Sequence record: DRR723986_5691 | Length of the DNA stretch: 64,000 nt | Strand: one strand, 5' to 3' | Shown here: positions 1-10,929 of the stretch, one piece after another | Position numbering within the stretch: the first letter of the stretch is position 1 | How the letters are laid out: every line of letters begins with the position of its first letter | Notes under the pieces: generated by a model | Seen by the model: only the letters and a program-made list of their open reading frames with translations | The model's database searches: none | Told to the model about the DNA's origin: nothing | Program-made: the position numbers and the translations under genes

Positions 1-1521
1 GGCATTGAGCGCCAGAAGATTGGTCTGCTCCGCGATATCGGAAATAAGCTTCACCACTTCACCGATCCGCGAAGCGGCTTCGGCGAGCCCCTGAACCTGG
101 TCGTTGGTCTTCTTGGCTTCCGCCGTTGCCGTGGCAGCAACATTTGAAGACTGGGCGACCTGCCGGGAAATTTCCGAAACCGTCGACGACAGCTCTTCGG
201 CTGCGGAAGCAACGGTCTGAACGTTGGCGGATGCCTGCTCGGCTGCCGCGGCAACGTTCGAAGATTGTTGCTGGGTCTGCTCGGCGGTGGCGCTCATGGA
301 ACTTGCGCTCGATTCCAGCTGGGACGACGAGGACGATACCGCCTGGACGATTTCGCCAACAGAACTTTCGAAACTGTCGGCAAGCTCCATCATCATCCGC
401 TTCTGCTCGGCGGCGTTTCTTGCTGCCTGTTCCTTCTGCTCCGCTTCCAGTTCGCGGGTCCGGACGGCATTGGCGCGGAAAACTTCCACGGCGCGGGCCA
501 TGCTGCCGATCTCGCTCTTACGGTCGGTGTACTGGACGTCGATGTCGATGGATCCACCAGCGAGCGTTCCCATGGTTCCGGTAAGCGTTTTCACCGGCCT
601 GGTAATGCTGCGTCCGATCAGCCAGCCAAGCCCGATAGACAGCACCAGCGCGATGGCGGAAACGGTCAGGAATGTTGTTCTGGAGAAGGCCTGTGCAGTG
701 TCCAGCGTTTCCCCGGCAGCCAGCTTGCCCGCATAGGCAGCTTCAGACATCACCGCCCATTCCGGAGCGACCTGGGCGTAGATTTCCTCGATCTCGGCCA
801 GGTCGACAGCAATCTCCTGGGACAATTCGGCATAAGCCTGGAAGGAGGCCTGGTAGGTATCCAGCAGCTTGCCGATTTCAGCCTGCTCGGCGTCGGGCAG
901 CCCGCTTTTCGGCAGCAGATCTGCGAATTCAGCCCGCCGTTCGCTGATCCTGCCGATATATTTCTCGTCACCGCGCAGCATGAAATCTTTTTCATGACGG
1001 CGCATCATCAGCATCTTGACGGTCAAGGCATCCAGATTGGCGGCATCCAACTTGCTTTCAACGTCATGCACGGCAGTGCGCAGAGACCCCTGCAGTCCTG
1101 TGCTTTCATCAAGCCCCATTCGGGTAAGCTCACTGGTCAGAGCGTCGAACTTTGCCTTGTGCTGGTCCAGAACATCACGAAGCTTGGCGATGTTATCCTT
1201 GATGGAAGCCGATTGCGGCTTCGTATCGACATCGTTCAGGTTGCTCTGGGCTTTCTCGAACTCGGCCTTGTATTCCTCGACAAAGGCCAGGTCCTTGTTC
1301 AGAAGAAAGTCCTTTTGGCTGCGCTGCATGTTCTGGGCATGAGCCTGAACCTGCGACACCTTGAAGTCCATTTGCGAATATTCAGCCAGATTGTCGATTT
1401 CGTGCGACACGATTTGCTGGCTGTAAAGCGCCGTGCCAAGCAATACGCCAATGGCAACCACGGCGATTGCGGACAGCGCTCCGACACGCACCGCGATGGG
1501 CAGATCTGCAAAGAACTTCAT
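1..1521 (-). CDS. Methyl-accepting chemotaxis protein (3' end runs off the window)
   Basis: Not in the ORF track because it is open at the window edge. ATG at 1521 reads MKFFADLPIAVRVGALSAIAVVAIGVLL (TM segment). Bases 1-30 read EQTNLLALNA on the minus strand in the same frame, the MCP signalling-domain signature. Confidence 0.93.
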   Translation of the reverse strand, partial: MKFFADLPIAVRVGALSAIAVVAIGVLLGTALYSQQIVSHEIDNLAEYSQMDFKVSQVQAHAQNMQRSQKDFLLNKDLAFVEEYKAEFEKAQSNLNDVDTKPQSASIKDNIAKLRDVLDQHKAKFDALTSELTRMGLDESTGLQGSLRTAVHDVESKLDAANLDALTVKMLMMRRHEKDFMLRGDEKYIGRISERRAEFADLLPKSGLPDAEQAEIGKLLDTYQASFQAYAELSQEIAVDLAEIEEIYAQVAPEWAVMSEAAYAGKLAAGETLDTAQAFSRTTFLTVSAIALVLSIGLGWLIGRSITRPVKTLTGTMGTLAGGSIDIDVQYTDRKSEIGSMARAVEVFRANAVRTRELEAEQKEQAARNAAEQKRMMMELADSFESSVGEIVQAVSSSSSQLESSASSMSATAEQTQQQSSNVAAAAEQASANVQTVASAAEELSSTVSEISRQVAQSSNVAATATAEAKKTNDQVQGLAEAASRIGEVVKLISDIAEQTNLLALNA

Positions 1522-1954
1522 AATGGTCTCGTTTTTTTGGGGCAGCTCTTGTCGAGCCTTGCACAGTGTGCCCAGAAAACGCTCAAGCCATTAATTTTCC
1601 TTTACGCGACTTGAATACTGAGCCGACTAATCTTCTAAACCAGAGGTTTATACTTCTACCAACTCAATCATTCAGAGAATTCATTCAACTTATTATTTAG
1701 GCAAAACAGCCTTTTTCACTGCTCCTGAATACCGGCCTGCCCAAAAACCGCACAGTTTCTCGGGCTCCTTCCTGTCACTTTTGACCATCACAAAAGGAGC
1801 GCGGACGCCAGCGTGCGTCATTTTTTCGCGTCGGGTCGGTGCAATCTTTTTCAGGGTTTCAGGCAAAAGCGGCCTGAAAACCGGCAAAGGCTTGGGTTCC
1901 TGCTGCCGGCGCGCAAATCCTGTGGTCTCGCCGCACGCCACCAGAACGCGGGCG

Positions 1955-2491
1955 TCACGCTGCCAGCGGATAGGCCTCTTCAACCAGATAGGGGCCGCCA
2001 CCGACACTTGATTTCGCCGAGAACAGCACAAAACGTCCGGCAATGAAGGGCTGCGCCTGGAAGTTGCCGCGCTCGCTCAGCCACTTGGCCACGTCCTCGT
2101 TGGTCGAGGTCCTGCAACGGGCAAGGGTGACATGCGGAACATACTTGCGCCGCTCGGCCGGCAGATGCAGACGCTGGATGATGCGTTCCTGCTCAGCCTG
2201 CAATTCGGCAAGTTGAGCGGTCGGCTCAACCCGGGCCCAGACCGCATGTGGCTTGCCGTTGCCGAAAGAACCAAGACCGTTGAGGCGGATTTCCACCGGA
2301 TCCCTGCGGACACGATCAAGCGCGGCGACGATCTCGTCGGCCGTACGGTCGTCGATGTCGCCAATGAAGCGCAAGGTGATGTGGTAGTTCTCCGGATCAA
2401 TCCAGCGGGCGCCCCGAAGGCCTCCCCGGAGCATCGAAAGCATGAGTGCCGTCTGGGACGGAATCTCAAGGCCTGTAAATAGGCGCGGCAT
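1955..2491 (-). CDS. thpR: RNA 2',3'-cyclic phosphodiesterase (2H phosphoesterase, LigT family)
   Basis: MPRLFTGL start; two HxT motifs (YHITLRF, PHVTLAR); GGAGGG RBS upstream. Confidence 0.9.
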   Translation of the reverse strand: MPRLFTGLEIPSQTALMLSMLRGGLRGARWIDPENYHITLRFIGDIDDRTADEIVAALDRVRRDPVEIRLNGLGSFGNGKPHAVWARVEPTAQLAELQAEQERIIQRLHLPAERRKYVPHVTLARCRTSTNEDVAKWLSERGNFQAQPFIAGRFVLFSAKSSVGGGPYLVEEAYPLAA

Positions 2492-2606
2492 GGGTGTTCC
2501 CTCCGCTGTCGCTGATGAATCCCATGAGGAATCAACTTCATGAAAATCGCAAGACAAAAAGCTAAGTTTTTGAGCGCGTTCAAAAATTCAGCGCCGCACT
2601 CAAATG

Positions 2607-2635
2607 AAAACCGGGCTGGTTCATAACCAGCCCGG
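2607..2635 (-). terminator. Rho-independent terminator of the aldo/keto reductase gene
   Basis: CCGGGCTGGTT-cat-AACCAGCCCGG stem followed by TTTT on the minus strand. Confidence 0.75.
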
Positions 2636-2691
2636 CCTCCGATCTGCAGATGATTCTCTAAAAAGATTTATCGATCAGGAAGTTACACCCG

Positions 2692-3744
2692 TTACGGCGC
2701 CGGATTGCCGAATTCCTGATGCAGCGCATCGATTTTCTCCAGAACATCGGCACTCAGCGTAACGTCCGCAGCTCCGATGTCGGTATCGAGCTGCTCAATG
2801 GTCGTCGCACCCAGGATGACCGATGTCATGAAAGACCGCGACATGGCAAAGGCAAGTGCCATCTGCGACGGATCAAGTCCCGCCTCCTGCGCCAGGTCCA
2901 GATAGGCATCGACCGCCTCGATGGCGCGCGGGTGCTCATAGCGCTGCAGGCGGTTGAACAGCGTCTTGCGGGCACCTGCCGGAAGGGCGCCATTGCGGTA
3001 TTTGCCCGTCAGATATCCCTGGGCCAGTGCCGAATATCCCAGAAGACCGACATCTTCCCGGCGGGCAACTTCCGCAAGGCCGGTTTCGAATGTCCGGTTG
3101 ACCAGGGAATACGCGTTCTGGATCGAGACGACCCGCGGCACGTCATACATCTCGGACGCGGCGACGTAGCGCATCGTGCCCCAGGCACTCTCGTTGGAGA
3201 CTCCGACGTGACGGATTTTGCCGGCCTTGACCAGATCCCCAAGGATTTCCAGCGTCGACTGGATGCTGTTTTCGTCCGGAGCCGGTTCGACATCCGCCCA
3301 GCGCGTCGGGTTTGAACCGAAGCCGCCGACGTTCCGGTCCGGCCAGTGGATCTGGTAGAGGTCGATATAGTCTGTTTCCAGGTTCTTCAGGCTGCGGTCG
3401 ACCGCAAATTCGATCTCTTCGCGAACCAGTTTCGCCTTCGCACCGTTTTCACGGAACCAGTCCATGTCGGTCCGCCCGACCACCTTGGTGGCCATGACGA
3501 TCTTGTCCCGCATGCCGGTTTTCTTGAACCACGTGCCGACGATGCGCTCGGTCCGGCCCTGGGTCTCTTTCTTCGGCGGGATCGGATAAAGTTCTGCCGC
3601 GTCAAAGAAATTGATGCCTTTTTCCACGGCGTGGTCCATCTGGGCGTGACCTTCGGCCTCGGAGTTCTGCTCCCCGAAGGTCATGGTACCGAGGCAAAGG
3701 GCGCTGACCTGTATATCCGTGCGGCCAAGACGGCGCTTTTCCAT
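2692..3744 (-). CDS. NADP(H)-dependent aldo/keto reductase, Tas-like
   Basis: LCLGTMTFGEQN, DAAELYP, DYIDLYQIHWP, SIQNAYSL motifs. Confidence 0.9.
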   Translation of the reverse strand: MEKRRLGRTDIQVSALCLGTMTFGEQNSEAEGHAQMDHAVEKGINFFDAAELYPIPPKKETQGRTERIVGTWFKKTGMRDKIVMATKVVGRTDMDWFRENGAKAKLVREEIEFAVDRSLKNLETDYIDLYQIHWPDRNVGGFGSNPTRWADVEPAPDENSIQSTLEILGDLVKAGKIRHVGVSNESAWGTMRYVAASEMYDVPRVVSIQNAYSLVNRTFETGLAEVARREDVGLLGYSALAQGYLTGKYRNGALPAGARKTLFNRLQRYEHPRAIEAVDAYLDLAQEAGLDPSQMALAFAMSRSFMTSVILGATTIEQLDTDIGAADVTLSADVLEKIDALHQEFGNPAP

Positions 3745-3822
3745 AAGACTATCCTTCAAATTTTGAAAACGGGGCGTCCCGGAAGCCGGATCGGCTTCCT
3801 CCCCAGGTCCAGAGCAAAGCCC

Positions 3823-4494
3823 CTAGGATCGGGCTTTGGCCAAAAGCTCTTCCACTTTCGGCAAAATGTTTTCGACGATGACTTCCACCCCTTTGGCGTT
3901 GGGATGCATACCGTCGGAAAGGTTGAGATCGGGATTGAGGGCGGCACCCTCGAGGAAGAAGGGATAAAACAACGCATCGTGCGCCTTGGCAACATCGGAG
4001 TAGATCGGATCGAATGCCTCGGCATATTCCGGCCCAAGATTGCGCGGAGCCAGCATGCCCGCGACAAGCACGGCAACGCCGCGTTCCGTCAGGCGCCGGA
4101 CGATTTCGTCGATATTCTTGCGCGTCAGCTCAGGAGAGATCCCCCGCAACGCGTCGTTTGCTCCGAGTTCCACGATGACGGCACTGGTGTCCGGTCCCAC
4201 CGACCAGTCCAGCCGCGACAGCCCGCCGCTTGACGTGTCGCCAGACACGCCGGCATTGACGACCTCGACCGATTGCCCCTTCGCATCAAGCGCTTTCTGG
4301 AGCTGATCCGTGAAGCCCTCTCCTGCCGACAGCTGATAGCCGGCGGACAGACTGTCCCCCAGCACCACCAGTTTCAGATCGGCCGACTGGGCGGCCATTG
4401 GCAGGAAAGACAGGATGATTATCGTCAGGCAGGCAATAAACCGGTTCACGTGAACACTCTTTTGGGACTGGAAGACGCTCTTCAACAGGCCCAT
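3823..4494 (-). CDS. tesA: Arylesterase / acyl-CoA thioesterase I (GDSL/SGNH family); start uncertain
   Basis: GDSLSAGY, NAGVSGDT, ELGANDALRG, DGMHPN blocks; signal peptide. Confidence 0.88.
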   Translation of the reverse strand: MGLLKSVFQSQKSVHVNRFIACLTIIILSFLPMAAQSADLKLVVLGDSLSAGYQLSAGEGFTDQLQKALDAKGQSVEVVNAGVSGDTSSGGLSRLDWSVGPDTSAVIVELGANDALRGISPELTRKNIDEIVRRLTERGVAVLVAGMLAPRNLGPEYAEAFDPIYSDVAKAHDALFYPFFLEGAALNPDLNLSDGMHPNAKGVEVIVENILPKVEELLAKARS

Positions 4495-4572
4495 ATGGTC
4501 GCAGAGCGTCCAATTGTCGAGGGCTTGTGACTGTCAGGAAGACGATCACACGCCCATTGTAAAGGCCAGAGA

Positions 4573-5283
4573 ATGACAAATTCGCCCGCGATCGCCCTGA
4601 AAGACGTCCACCTGACCCTCGGCGAAGGCGCCGGGCGGGTGCATATCCTGAAGGGGATCGACCTTCAGATCGAGAAGGGGGCCTCCGTCGGCCTTGTCGG
4701 CCCGTCAGGGTCCGGAAAATCGACATTGCTGATGGTCATGGCGGGGCTGGAACGCGCCGATGAAGGCTCGGTCAACGTGGCCGGATCCGAACTCGGCCCC
4801 CTGTCTGAAGACCAGCTGGCCCGGTTTCGCGGCCGCAATGTCGGCATCATTTTCCAGTCGTTTCACCTCGTCCCCAACATGACCGCGCTGGAAAACGTGG
4901 CCGTGCCGCTGGAACTTGCTGGGGATACCGCCGCCTTCGACAAGGCCAAGGCGGAGCTGGATGCCGTCGGGCTCGGACACCGCATGCACCACTACCCGGC
5001 GCAACTGTCCGGCGGCGAACAGCAGCGTGTCGCCGTGGCAAGAGCGCTGGTCGTCGAACCCGCGATCCTGATCGCAGACGAACCGACTGGCAACCTAGAT
5101 GAAAGCACCGGCGCACAGATTGTCGACCTGATGTTCACCGCCCAGAAGAACCGGGGCACGACGCTGGTTCTGGTCACCCACGACCCGAGCCTTGCCGCCC
5201 GCTGCGACCGCATGATCCGCGTTCGCTCCGGAGAAATCGAAGAAGAAACGTCTGACCGCGCCCGCCGCGAGGTGTCTGCATGA
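4573..5283 (+). CDS. ABC transporter ATP-binding protein (YbbA-like)
   Basis: GPSGSGKST, LSGGEQQRV, IADEPTGNLD; divergent from tesA as in tesA-ybbAP. Confidence 0.9.
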   Translation: MTNSPAIALKDVHLTLGEGAGRVHILKGIDLQIEKGASVGLVGPSGSGKSTLLMVMAGLERADEGSVNVAGSELGPLSEDQLARFRGRNVGIIFQSFHLVPNMTALENVAVPLELAGDTAAFDKAKAELDAVGLGHRMHHYPAQLSGGEQQRVAVARALVVEPAILIADEPTGNLDESTGAQIVDLMFTAQKNRGTTLVLVTHDPSLAARCDRMIRVRSGEIEEETSDRARREVSA

Positions 5284-7862
5284 GCGCGTTTGTCCCGGGC
5301 AACGCACCGGCAAACCACCAGACGATGCGCCTTGCCGCCCGGTTTGCCTTTCGTGAACTGCGCGGCGGCCTCAAGGGCTTTTACATTTTCATTGCCTGTA
5401 TCGCGCTCGGCGTAGCGGCAATCGCGGGCGTCACGTCTGTCTCACGGGCTCTTACAGAAGGGATTTCGCGCGAAGGCCAGTCCATCCTGGGCGGTGATCT
5501 CGATTTTTCCCTGATCCACCGGCAGGCCGACGCCGATCAACTTGCCTATCTGAGCGGCCTAGGTGATCTGTCCCGCGTTGCGACCACGCGGGCAATGGCA
5601 AGAAGACCTGAGACCGGCGATCAGGCATTGGTAGAGCTGAAAGCCGTCGACGGTCCCTATCCCCTTTACGGCACATTTGAACTTGCCTCCGGAGAAGCCC
5701 TGGAAACGGCCCTGGCCCGGAAAGACGGGACCTGGGGCGCCGTTGTGGACCCTTCTCTTCTCGCGCGGCTTGGTGCGAATGTCGGAGATACGCTCTCCCT
5801 CGGGCGAGCCACTATCCGAATTGCCGACACCATTGCCAACGAACCTGACAAACTGGCCGGGGGCATGGAATTCGGTCCACGCCTCCTGATTTCAGATGCC
5901 GCCCTGCCTGAAACCGGCCTGATCCAGCCCGGCAGCCTGGTGCGCTGGCATTACCGCGTTCGAATGGCCCCGGCTCCCAACCTGGAAGCAATGGAAGGGA
6001 TCGTCGAAGAGGCCAAATCCGCCCAGCCGGACGCGGGATGGCGTATCCGCTCCCGCGCCAATGCGTCCCCAGGCCTTCAACGCAGCATTGATCGCTTCGC
6101 ACAATTCCTGACACTGGTTGGCCTCACCGCGCTGGTGGTTGGCGGTGTTGGTGTGGCCAATGCCATCCGTGCCTATCTGGAAACCAAGCGTGAGGTTATT
6201 GCGAGCTTCAAGTGCCTGGGCTCGACGGGCGGCTTCGTCTTCAAGATCTATCTGGTTCAGATGCTGGTGCTTGCGCTGCTCGGCATCGTCGTCGGCCTTG
6301 TGCTGGGTGCCCTGATCCCCTTTGCCGCAGCTGCCGCACTGGCGCCGGTTCTGCCGGTCAAGCTCGCGGCCAGCATCTATCCGACCGAGCTTGCCCTTGG
6401 CCTCGTCTACGGCCTCCTGACCGCTCTCGCCTTTGCAATCTGGCCGTTGGGGCGGGCTCATGACGTACCGCCGACGGCCCTTTTCCGGGATATCGTGACC
6501 GGCGGCGCCAAGCTGCCGCGCAAACGCTATCTGTTTGCCACCGCGGCAACAGTGCTTGCCCTTGCCGCCATCGCCATTCTGCTTGCCCACGACCAGCGCA
6601 TGGCCGGCACCTACATCGCCGCATCCGCCGGTGCGTTCGTTTTGCTGGTGCTGGTCGCACGCGGGATCATGGCCATAGCCAGGCGCCTGCCCAGTGTCCG
6701 CTCGACCGAGCTCAGGCTGGCGATTGCAAACATTCACCGTCCCGGAGCGCTGACCCCGTCAGTCGTACTGTCGCTGGGACTTGGCCTGTCGCTGCTGGTG
6801 GCGCTTGCCCTCATCGACGGAAACCTGCGGCGCGAGCTGACCGCAACCATTGCCGACAAGGCTCCGAGCTTCTTCTTCATCGATATCCAGAGCCATGAAC
6901 GCGATGCCTTCGAGGCCTTGCTGCATGCTGAAGCATCCGACGCCAACCTGCAAAGCGTCCCGATGCTGCGCGGGCGCATTGTCTCGCTGAACGGTATCGC
7001 AGCCGACAAGTTCGTCCCTGCCCAGGAAGGCTCCGGCTGGGTGCTGCGCGGTGACCGCGGCATTACCTATGACGCAAGTCTGCCCAAGAACTCGAAGCTC
7101 GAAGAAGGCTCCTGGTGGCCGGAGGACTACACAGGCATTCCGCTGGTGTCCTTCGATGAAGAGGCCGCCACCGATCTCGGCCTCAAGATCGGAGACCGGA
7201 TCACGGTCAATGTGCTCGGCAGGGAAATCACGGCGGAAATTGCCAACACGCGTACGGTGGAATGGCAGTCCCTTGCGATTAATTTTGTAATGGTGTTTTC
7301 GCCGAACACTTTTGCCGGTGCCCCACATGCCCATCTGATGACCCTTGGCTGGGACGATGATGTGCCGGAAGAGACGGAACTTGCCTTGTTGAAGACGGTC
7401 TCGAACGCCTTTCCGACAGTGACGGCAATCCGGGTGAAGGACGCGATCTCCCAGGTCAACGATCTGGTGGCACAGCTTGCCTGGGCCATCCGCGGCGCAA
7501 GCTCGATCACGCTGATCGCCAGCGTTCTGGTTCTGGCAGGTGCACTTGCCGCCGGTCATCGCAGCCGGATCTACGATGCGGTCATTCTGAAAACCATTGG
7601 TGCGACACGGGCTCGCCTGATCTTCGCCTATGCACTCGAATACGCCATTCTGGGCCTTGCAACGGCGGTGTTCGCCCTGCTGGCCGGAGGGGTCGCCGCC
7701 TGGTACGTGATTACGCAGATCATGGACGGGTCGTTCGTGATGATGCCGGTGACCGCAGCAGGTGCCGCGCTGATCGCGCTGGTGCTGACGGTGGGTTTCG
7801 GCCTCATCGGCACATGGCGGGTGCTGGGTGAAAAGCCCGCACCTGTCCTGCGAAATCTCTAG
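5280..7862 (+). CDS. ABC transporter permease (YbbP/FtsX-like)
   Basis: 860 aa with two multi-TM halves, PSFFFIDIQ motif; ATGA overlap with the ATPase gene. Confidence 0.88.
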   Translation: MSAFVPGNAPANHQTMRLAARFAFRELRGGLKGFYIFIACIALGVAAIAGVTSVSRALTEGISREGQSILGGDLDFSLIHRQADADQLAYLSGLGDLSRVATTRAMARRPETGDQALVELKAVDGPYPLYGTFELASGEALETALARKDGTWGAVVDPSLLARLGANVGDTLSLGRATIRIADTIANEPDKLAGGMEFGPRLLISDAALPETGLIQPGSLVRWHYRVRMAPAPNLEAMEGIVEEAKSAQPDAGWRIRSRANASPGLQRSIDRFAQFLTLVGLTALVVGGVGVANAIRAYLETKREVIASFKCLGSTGGFVFKIYLVQMLVLALLGIVVGLVLGALIPFAAAAALAPVLPVKLAASIYPTELALGLVYGLLTALAFAIWPLGRAHDVPPTALFRDIVTGGAKLPRKRYLFATAATVLALAAIAILLAHDQRMAGTYIAASAGAFVLLVLVARGIMAIARRLPSVRSTELRLAIANIHRPGALTPSVVLSLGLGLSLLVALALIDGNLRRELTATIADKAPSFFFIDIQSHERDAFEALLHAEASDANLQSVPMLRGRIVSLNGIAADKFVPAQEGSGWVLRGDRGITYDASLPKNSKLEEGSWWPEDYTGIPLVSFDEEAATDLGLKIGDRITVNVLGREITAEIANTRTVEWQSLAINFVMVFSPNTFAGAPHAHLMTLGWDDDVPEETELALLKTVSNAFPTVTAIRVKDAISQVNDLVAQLAWAIRGASSITLIASVLVLAGALAAGHRSRIYDAVILKTIGATRARLIFAYALEYAILGLATAVFALLAGGVAAWYVITQIMDGSFVMMPVTAAGAALIALVLTVGFGLIGTWRVLGEKPAPVLRNL

Positions 7863-8192
7863 CGCAAAATGCGGTCAGCTGCTGTAGCGGCCAACGTGCG
7901 CACAGGAAAAAAGCTGATCAAAGGACGTTTGCCGGCTTCGGTCGAGCCTCCTTTGATCAGCAAGGCTATTTCCGGTGAACCGGTAGACTTCCGAAAACAA
8001 GATCGAACGAATTCTTGGCGGGCGCTGATCTATTTCGATCCGGCGCCCACAGCTCTTGGCAAACTTCGTTCAGGAAAAAATCCTGAAATACAACCAAATC
8101 GCGACAAACTTCAGCTCCACACAACTTGCATACTGAATTGATCTTGGCTATCCGGTTCAGCTCCGGGCAGTTTGTTAAGAAGGGGCCATTCC

Positions 8193-8966
8193 ATGTTCAA
8201 GTTTCTCCCGAAAATTCGTTTCAAGACCATTGCCGGGGCTGCTGCCCTGTCCGCAGTTGCCGCTATGGCTTTCGCCCCTGCCGCGTCGGCGGAAAGCCCG
8301 TTTCATACCGGGGTCTGGCAGTTGAACACGCCGGAAGGCCCGCGCGGCCTCGTCGTCAGTGACTGGCTGGTCTTCGAAAACGGTTTGCCGAAGCGCTGGC
8401 TCTATCGCCGGGCCGGCACCAACGACGCCAACCAGTTCGATTTCTTCACACGTTCGATGAATGATTCCGGCTACACGCCGGTCGGCATCCGGGTGTACCG
8501 CACCGGCGACAACGCGATGAAATACACGCTGGCGCCCAAGGGCGAGGATCCGATCGAGGTTTCCGCCGTCCGTCTTTCCATCCCGAATTTCGAGAACTCC
8601 TGCCTTTCCGTCGAGAAAAAAGGCAAGCGCTTCTACGGTAACTGGGTCGGCACTGAAGGCTCCAAGCTGAAGAAACTGAACGTGTCGAAAAACCGGCTGA
8701 CCATCGACGGAGAAGCGCGCAAGGTATCGATTGCGGAAGTCCGCGTCGGCCGCATGGGCATTACCGAAAATGGCAAGCCAATCGCTTTCCTCACCGATGC
8801 CGGCGGCGACTATGCGGTTCTGCAGTGGTTCAAGCCCGGTGTGACTGTCGAGCAGATGCAGGATCCGGAAAAGGAAATCCTCGATTTCGCGTCGGAAGAA
8901 ATCGTTCGCAACCCCGGCGGCACCTGCGACCGGCAGATCGAATCCCGACTGAAAGCCATGAAATAA
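8193..8966 (+). CDS. Hypothetical exported protein
   Basis: AGGGG RBS, Ala-rich signal peptide ending ASA|ES, host-like codon usage; no family recognised. Confidence 0.7.
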   Translation: MFKFLPKIRFKTIAGAAALSAVAAMAFAPAASAESPFHTGVWQLNTPEGPRGLVVSDWLVFENGLPKRWLYRRAGTNDANQFDFFTRSMNDSGYTPVGIRVYRTGDNAMKYTLAPKGEDPIEVSAVRLSIPNFENSCLSVEKKGKRFYGNWVGTEGSKLKKLNVSKNRLTIDGEARKVSIAEVRVGRMGITENGKPIAFLTDAGGDYAVLQWFKPGVTVEQMQDPEKEILDFASEEIVRNPGGTCDRQIESRLKAMK

Positions 8967-9052
8967 TACGACTGAATCTGAGCCTGTTTTTAAGGATAGG
9001 TTCAAATAATACGTCCTGAGCGCAAAGATTACGAATTTTTCATCGAATTCGA

Positions 9053-9081
9053 CTTGTGCTCGGGATAAGCTTTTCCCATAT
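9053..9081 (+). promoter_or_regulatory. Putative RpoH/RpoD-type promoter of the Bax inhibitor-1 gene
   Basis: CTTGTG-N16-CCCATAT resembles alphaproteobacterial CTTG...CCTATAT promoters. Confidence 0.45.
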
Positions 9082-9148
9082 GTTGAGGGAGTTGTGTTGC
9101 ATGCGCGATTGCATGCGCACGTCTATCTAGAAGGGGATTTTAACGACC

Positions 9149-9931
9149 ATGTCGACCTATGACCGTCAATCTCAAGGCGCGTATACCGTCGCCGGCGCAC
9201 GCGCCGAGGCCGGCATCGATCAGGGCCTGCGCTCCTACATGCTGGGCGTCTATAACTACATGACCATCGGCCTTGCGCTGACCGGCTTTCTTGCGCTGGC
9301 AACGGTCATGCTTGCAACGACCACCGATCCGAACTCTGCTGTCGCCAGCCTTGGCAACGGCCGCATGCTCACCCAGCTGGGTGTTGCCATCTACGGCAGC
9401 CCGCTGAAATGGGTTGTCATGCTCGCACCGCTCGGAATGGTGTTCTGGCTGTCCTTCCGCATTCAGTCCATGAGTGCCGGCGCAGCGCGGACCCTTTTCC
9501 TGGTCTACGCATCCGTAATGGGTATCTCCCTGTCCTCGATCTTCCTGATTTACACCCCGGGCTCGATCGCTCAGGTCTTCTTCATCACCGCCGGTACCTT
9601 CGGCGCGCTGAGCCTGTTCGGCTACACCACGAAGAAGGACCTCTCCGGCTGGGGCTCGTTCCTGTTCATCGGCCTGATCGGTATCGTGATCGCGTCGCTG
9701 GTCAACATCTTCATGGCATCTTCCGCCCTGCAGTTCGCCATCTCCGTGATCGGTGTTCTGGTGTTCGCCGGCCTGACCGCCTACGACACCCAGCAGATCA
9801 AGGAAATGTACTACGAAGGCGATAGCGGTGAAGTCGCTACGAAGAAGTCCGTCATGGGCGCGCTGCGTCTGTACCTCGACTTCATCAACCTGTTCATCAT
9901 GCTGCTGCAGCTGTTCGGCAACCGCGACTAA
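9149..9931 (+). CDS. Bax inhibitor-1/YccA family membrane protein
   Basis: About 7 TM segments; GLRSYMLGVYNYM, GLTAYDTQ, GALRLYLDFINLF. Confidence 0.92.
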   Translation: MSTYDRQSQGAYTVAGARAEAGIDQGLRSYMLGVYNYMTIGLALTGFLALATVMLATTTDPNSAVASLGNGRMLTQLGVAIYGSPLKWVVMLAPLGMVFWLSFRIQSMSAGAARTLFLVYASVMGISLSSIFLIYTPGSIAQVFFITAGTFGALSLFGYTTKKDLSGWGSFLFIGLIGIVIASLVNIFMASSALQFAISVIGVLVFAGLTAYDTQQIKEMYYEGDSGEVATKKSVMGALRLYLDFINLFIMLLQLFGNRD

Positions 9932-9954
9932 GCGCAGCCAAACTGAACAAACGG

Positions 9955-9983
9955 AAAAGCCCGGCCTTGTGCCGGGCTTTTTT
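9955..9983 (+). terminator. Rho-independent terminator, probably bidirectional
   Basis: AAAAGCCCGGC-cttgt-GCCGGGCTTTTTT. Confidence 0.85.
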
Positions 9984-10246
9984 GTGGCCGAACCACTGTC
10001 CGACACCTCCCACGCCGACACTTGCGCCAATGGGCGTCAACGCCAGCCTTGCGCAAATCAATGGAATGAAGCGGCAGAACGCTGCGCTGCCAGGCTTGGC
10101 CGAACCAATCGTCTGGTCCTCGGCCAGAAGGTAACCGACCAGCATTAGCCGGTCATTGACGCCACCTTCAAGGAAATGCACGTGAGCGGATCAGCGCAGG
10201 GGAAATGAACCTCACCCGGCCATCAGCAGACTGACCGGACACCTGG

Positions 10247-10636
10247 TCAGGCGTCGACCACCCGAAGATGTTTTTTCTTCTCCAGAACCCTCAGCACCTG
10301 CGCCAGATCGTGGCCACGCTTCAGGATCATGCCTCCGGTCGCCACGACCGAATAAGCGCCCTGGCGGCGGGCCAGCTTCGGGTCCTTCTCGATCCTGTAA
10401 AGCGGCATTTCGGAAGATCTGCGAAACACGGAGAAGATTGCCCGGTCCTTCAGGAGATCGATGGCATAGTCCCGCCACTCGCCGTCGGCGACCATGCGCC
10501 CGTAGAGCCTCAGAATGACATCGAGTTCGCGCCTGTTGAATGCAACAATGGGTTTGGGAGGGGGAGCCGGTTGATGTTGTGGCGACGGGCTTGCACCCGC
10601 ACCACGCTGAAACGCGCTGTCGTCGGCTTCGCTCAT
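10247..10636 (-). CDS. DUF2794 domain protein
   Basis: LYGRMVADGEWRDYAID, PLYRIEKDPKLARRQGAY, ILKRGHDL; GGAGG RBS before ATG 10636. Confidence 0.85.
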   Translation of the reverse strand: MSEADDSAFQRGAGASPSPQHQPAPPPKPIVAFNRRELDVILRLYGRMVADGEWRDYAIDLLKDRAIFSVFRRSSEMPLYRIEKDPKLARRQGAYSVVATGGMILKRGHDLAQVLRVLEKKKHLRVVDA

Positions 10637-10895
10637 TCCGCCTCCATTCCGTTCGCGGTTTCGCTGCTGACAGGTAACCGACAAGAGAATCGTCGGGAGA
10701 CGCCTGTCACCTGACTGTCATGATGCGTCTTCTTTAGCCATTCTGGCAAGCCCGCAACGTCATATTGACAGACAGAGGTTTGAAACCAGAGTAATTTTGC
10801 CAATAAGTTTTACGGGAAGAAGTGCAAAAACGAACGCAACGGCACTTTGCCAAGAAAGAATGCATAAATTTCCTTGATTTTGCCGCATTCCAGCC

Positions 10896-10923
10896 CTTGG
10901 CCAGCCATTTTAGACACCCATAT
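10896..10923 (+). promoter_or_regulatory. Putative promoter of the candidate sRNA
   Basis: CTTGGC-N15-CCCATAT directly upstream of the structured region. Confidence 0.45.
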
Positions 10924-10929
10924 TAGGAT

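Noticed and set aside
265-1614. 449-aa plus-strand ORF
   Set aside because: Antisense shadow of the minus-strand chemoreceptor gene, which carries the real motifs.
9097-9118. TTGCATGCGC direct repeat in the Bax inhibitor-1 leader
   Set aside because: Only two 10-bp copies; could be regulatory but there is too little evidence to call.
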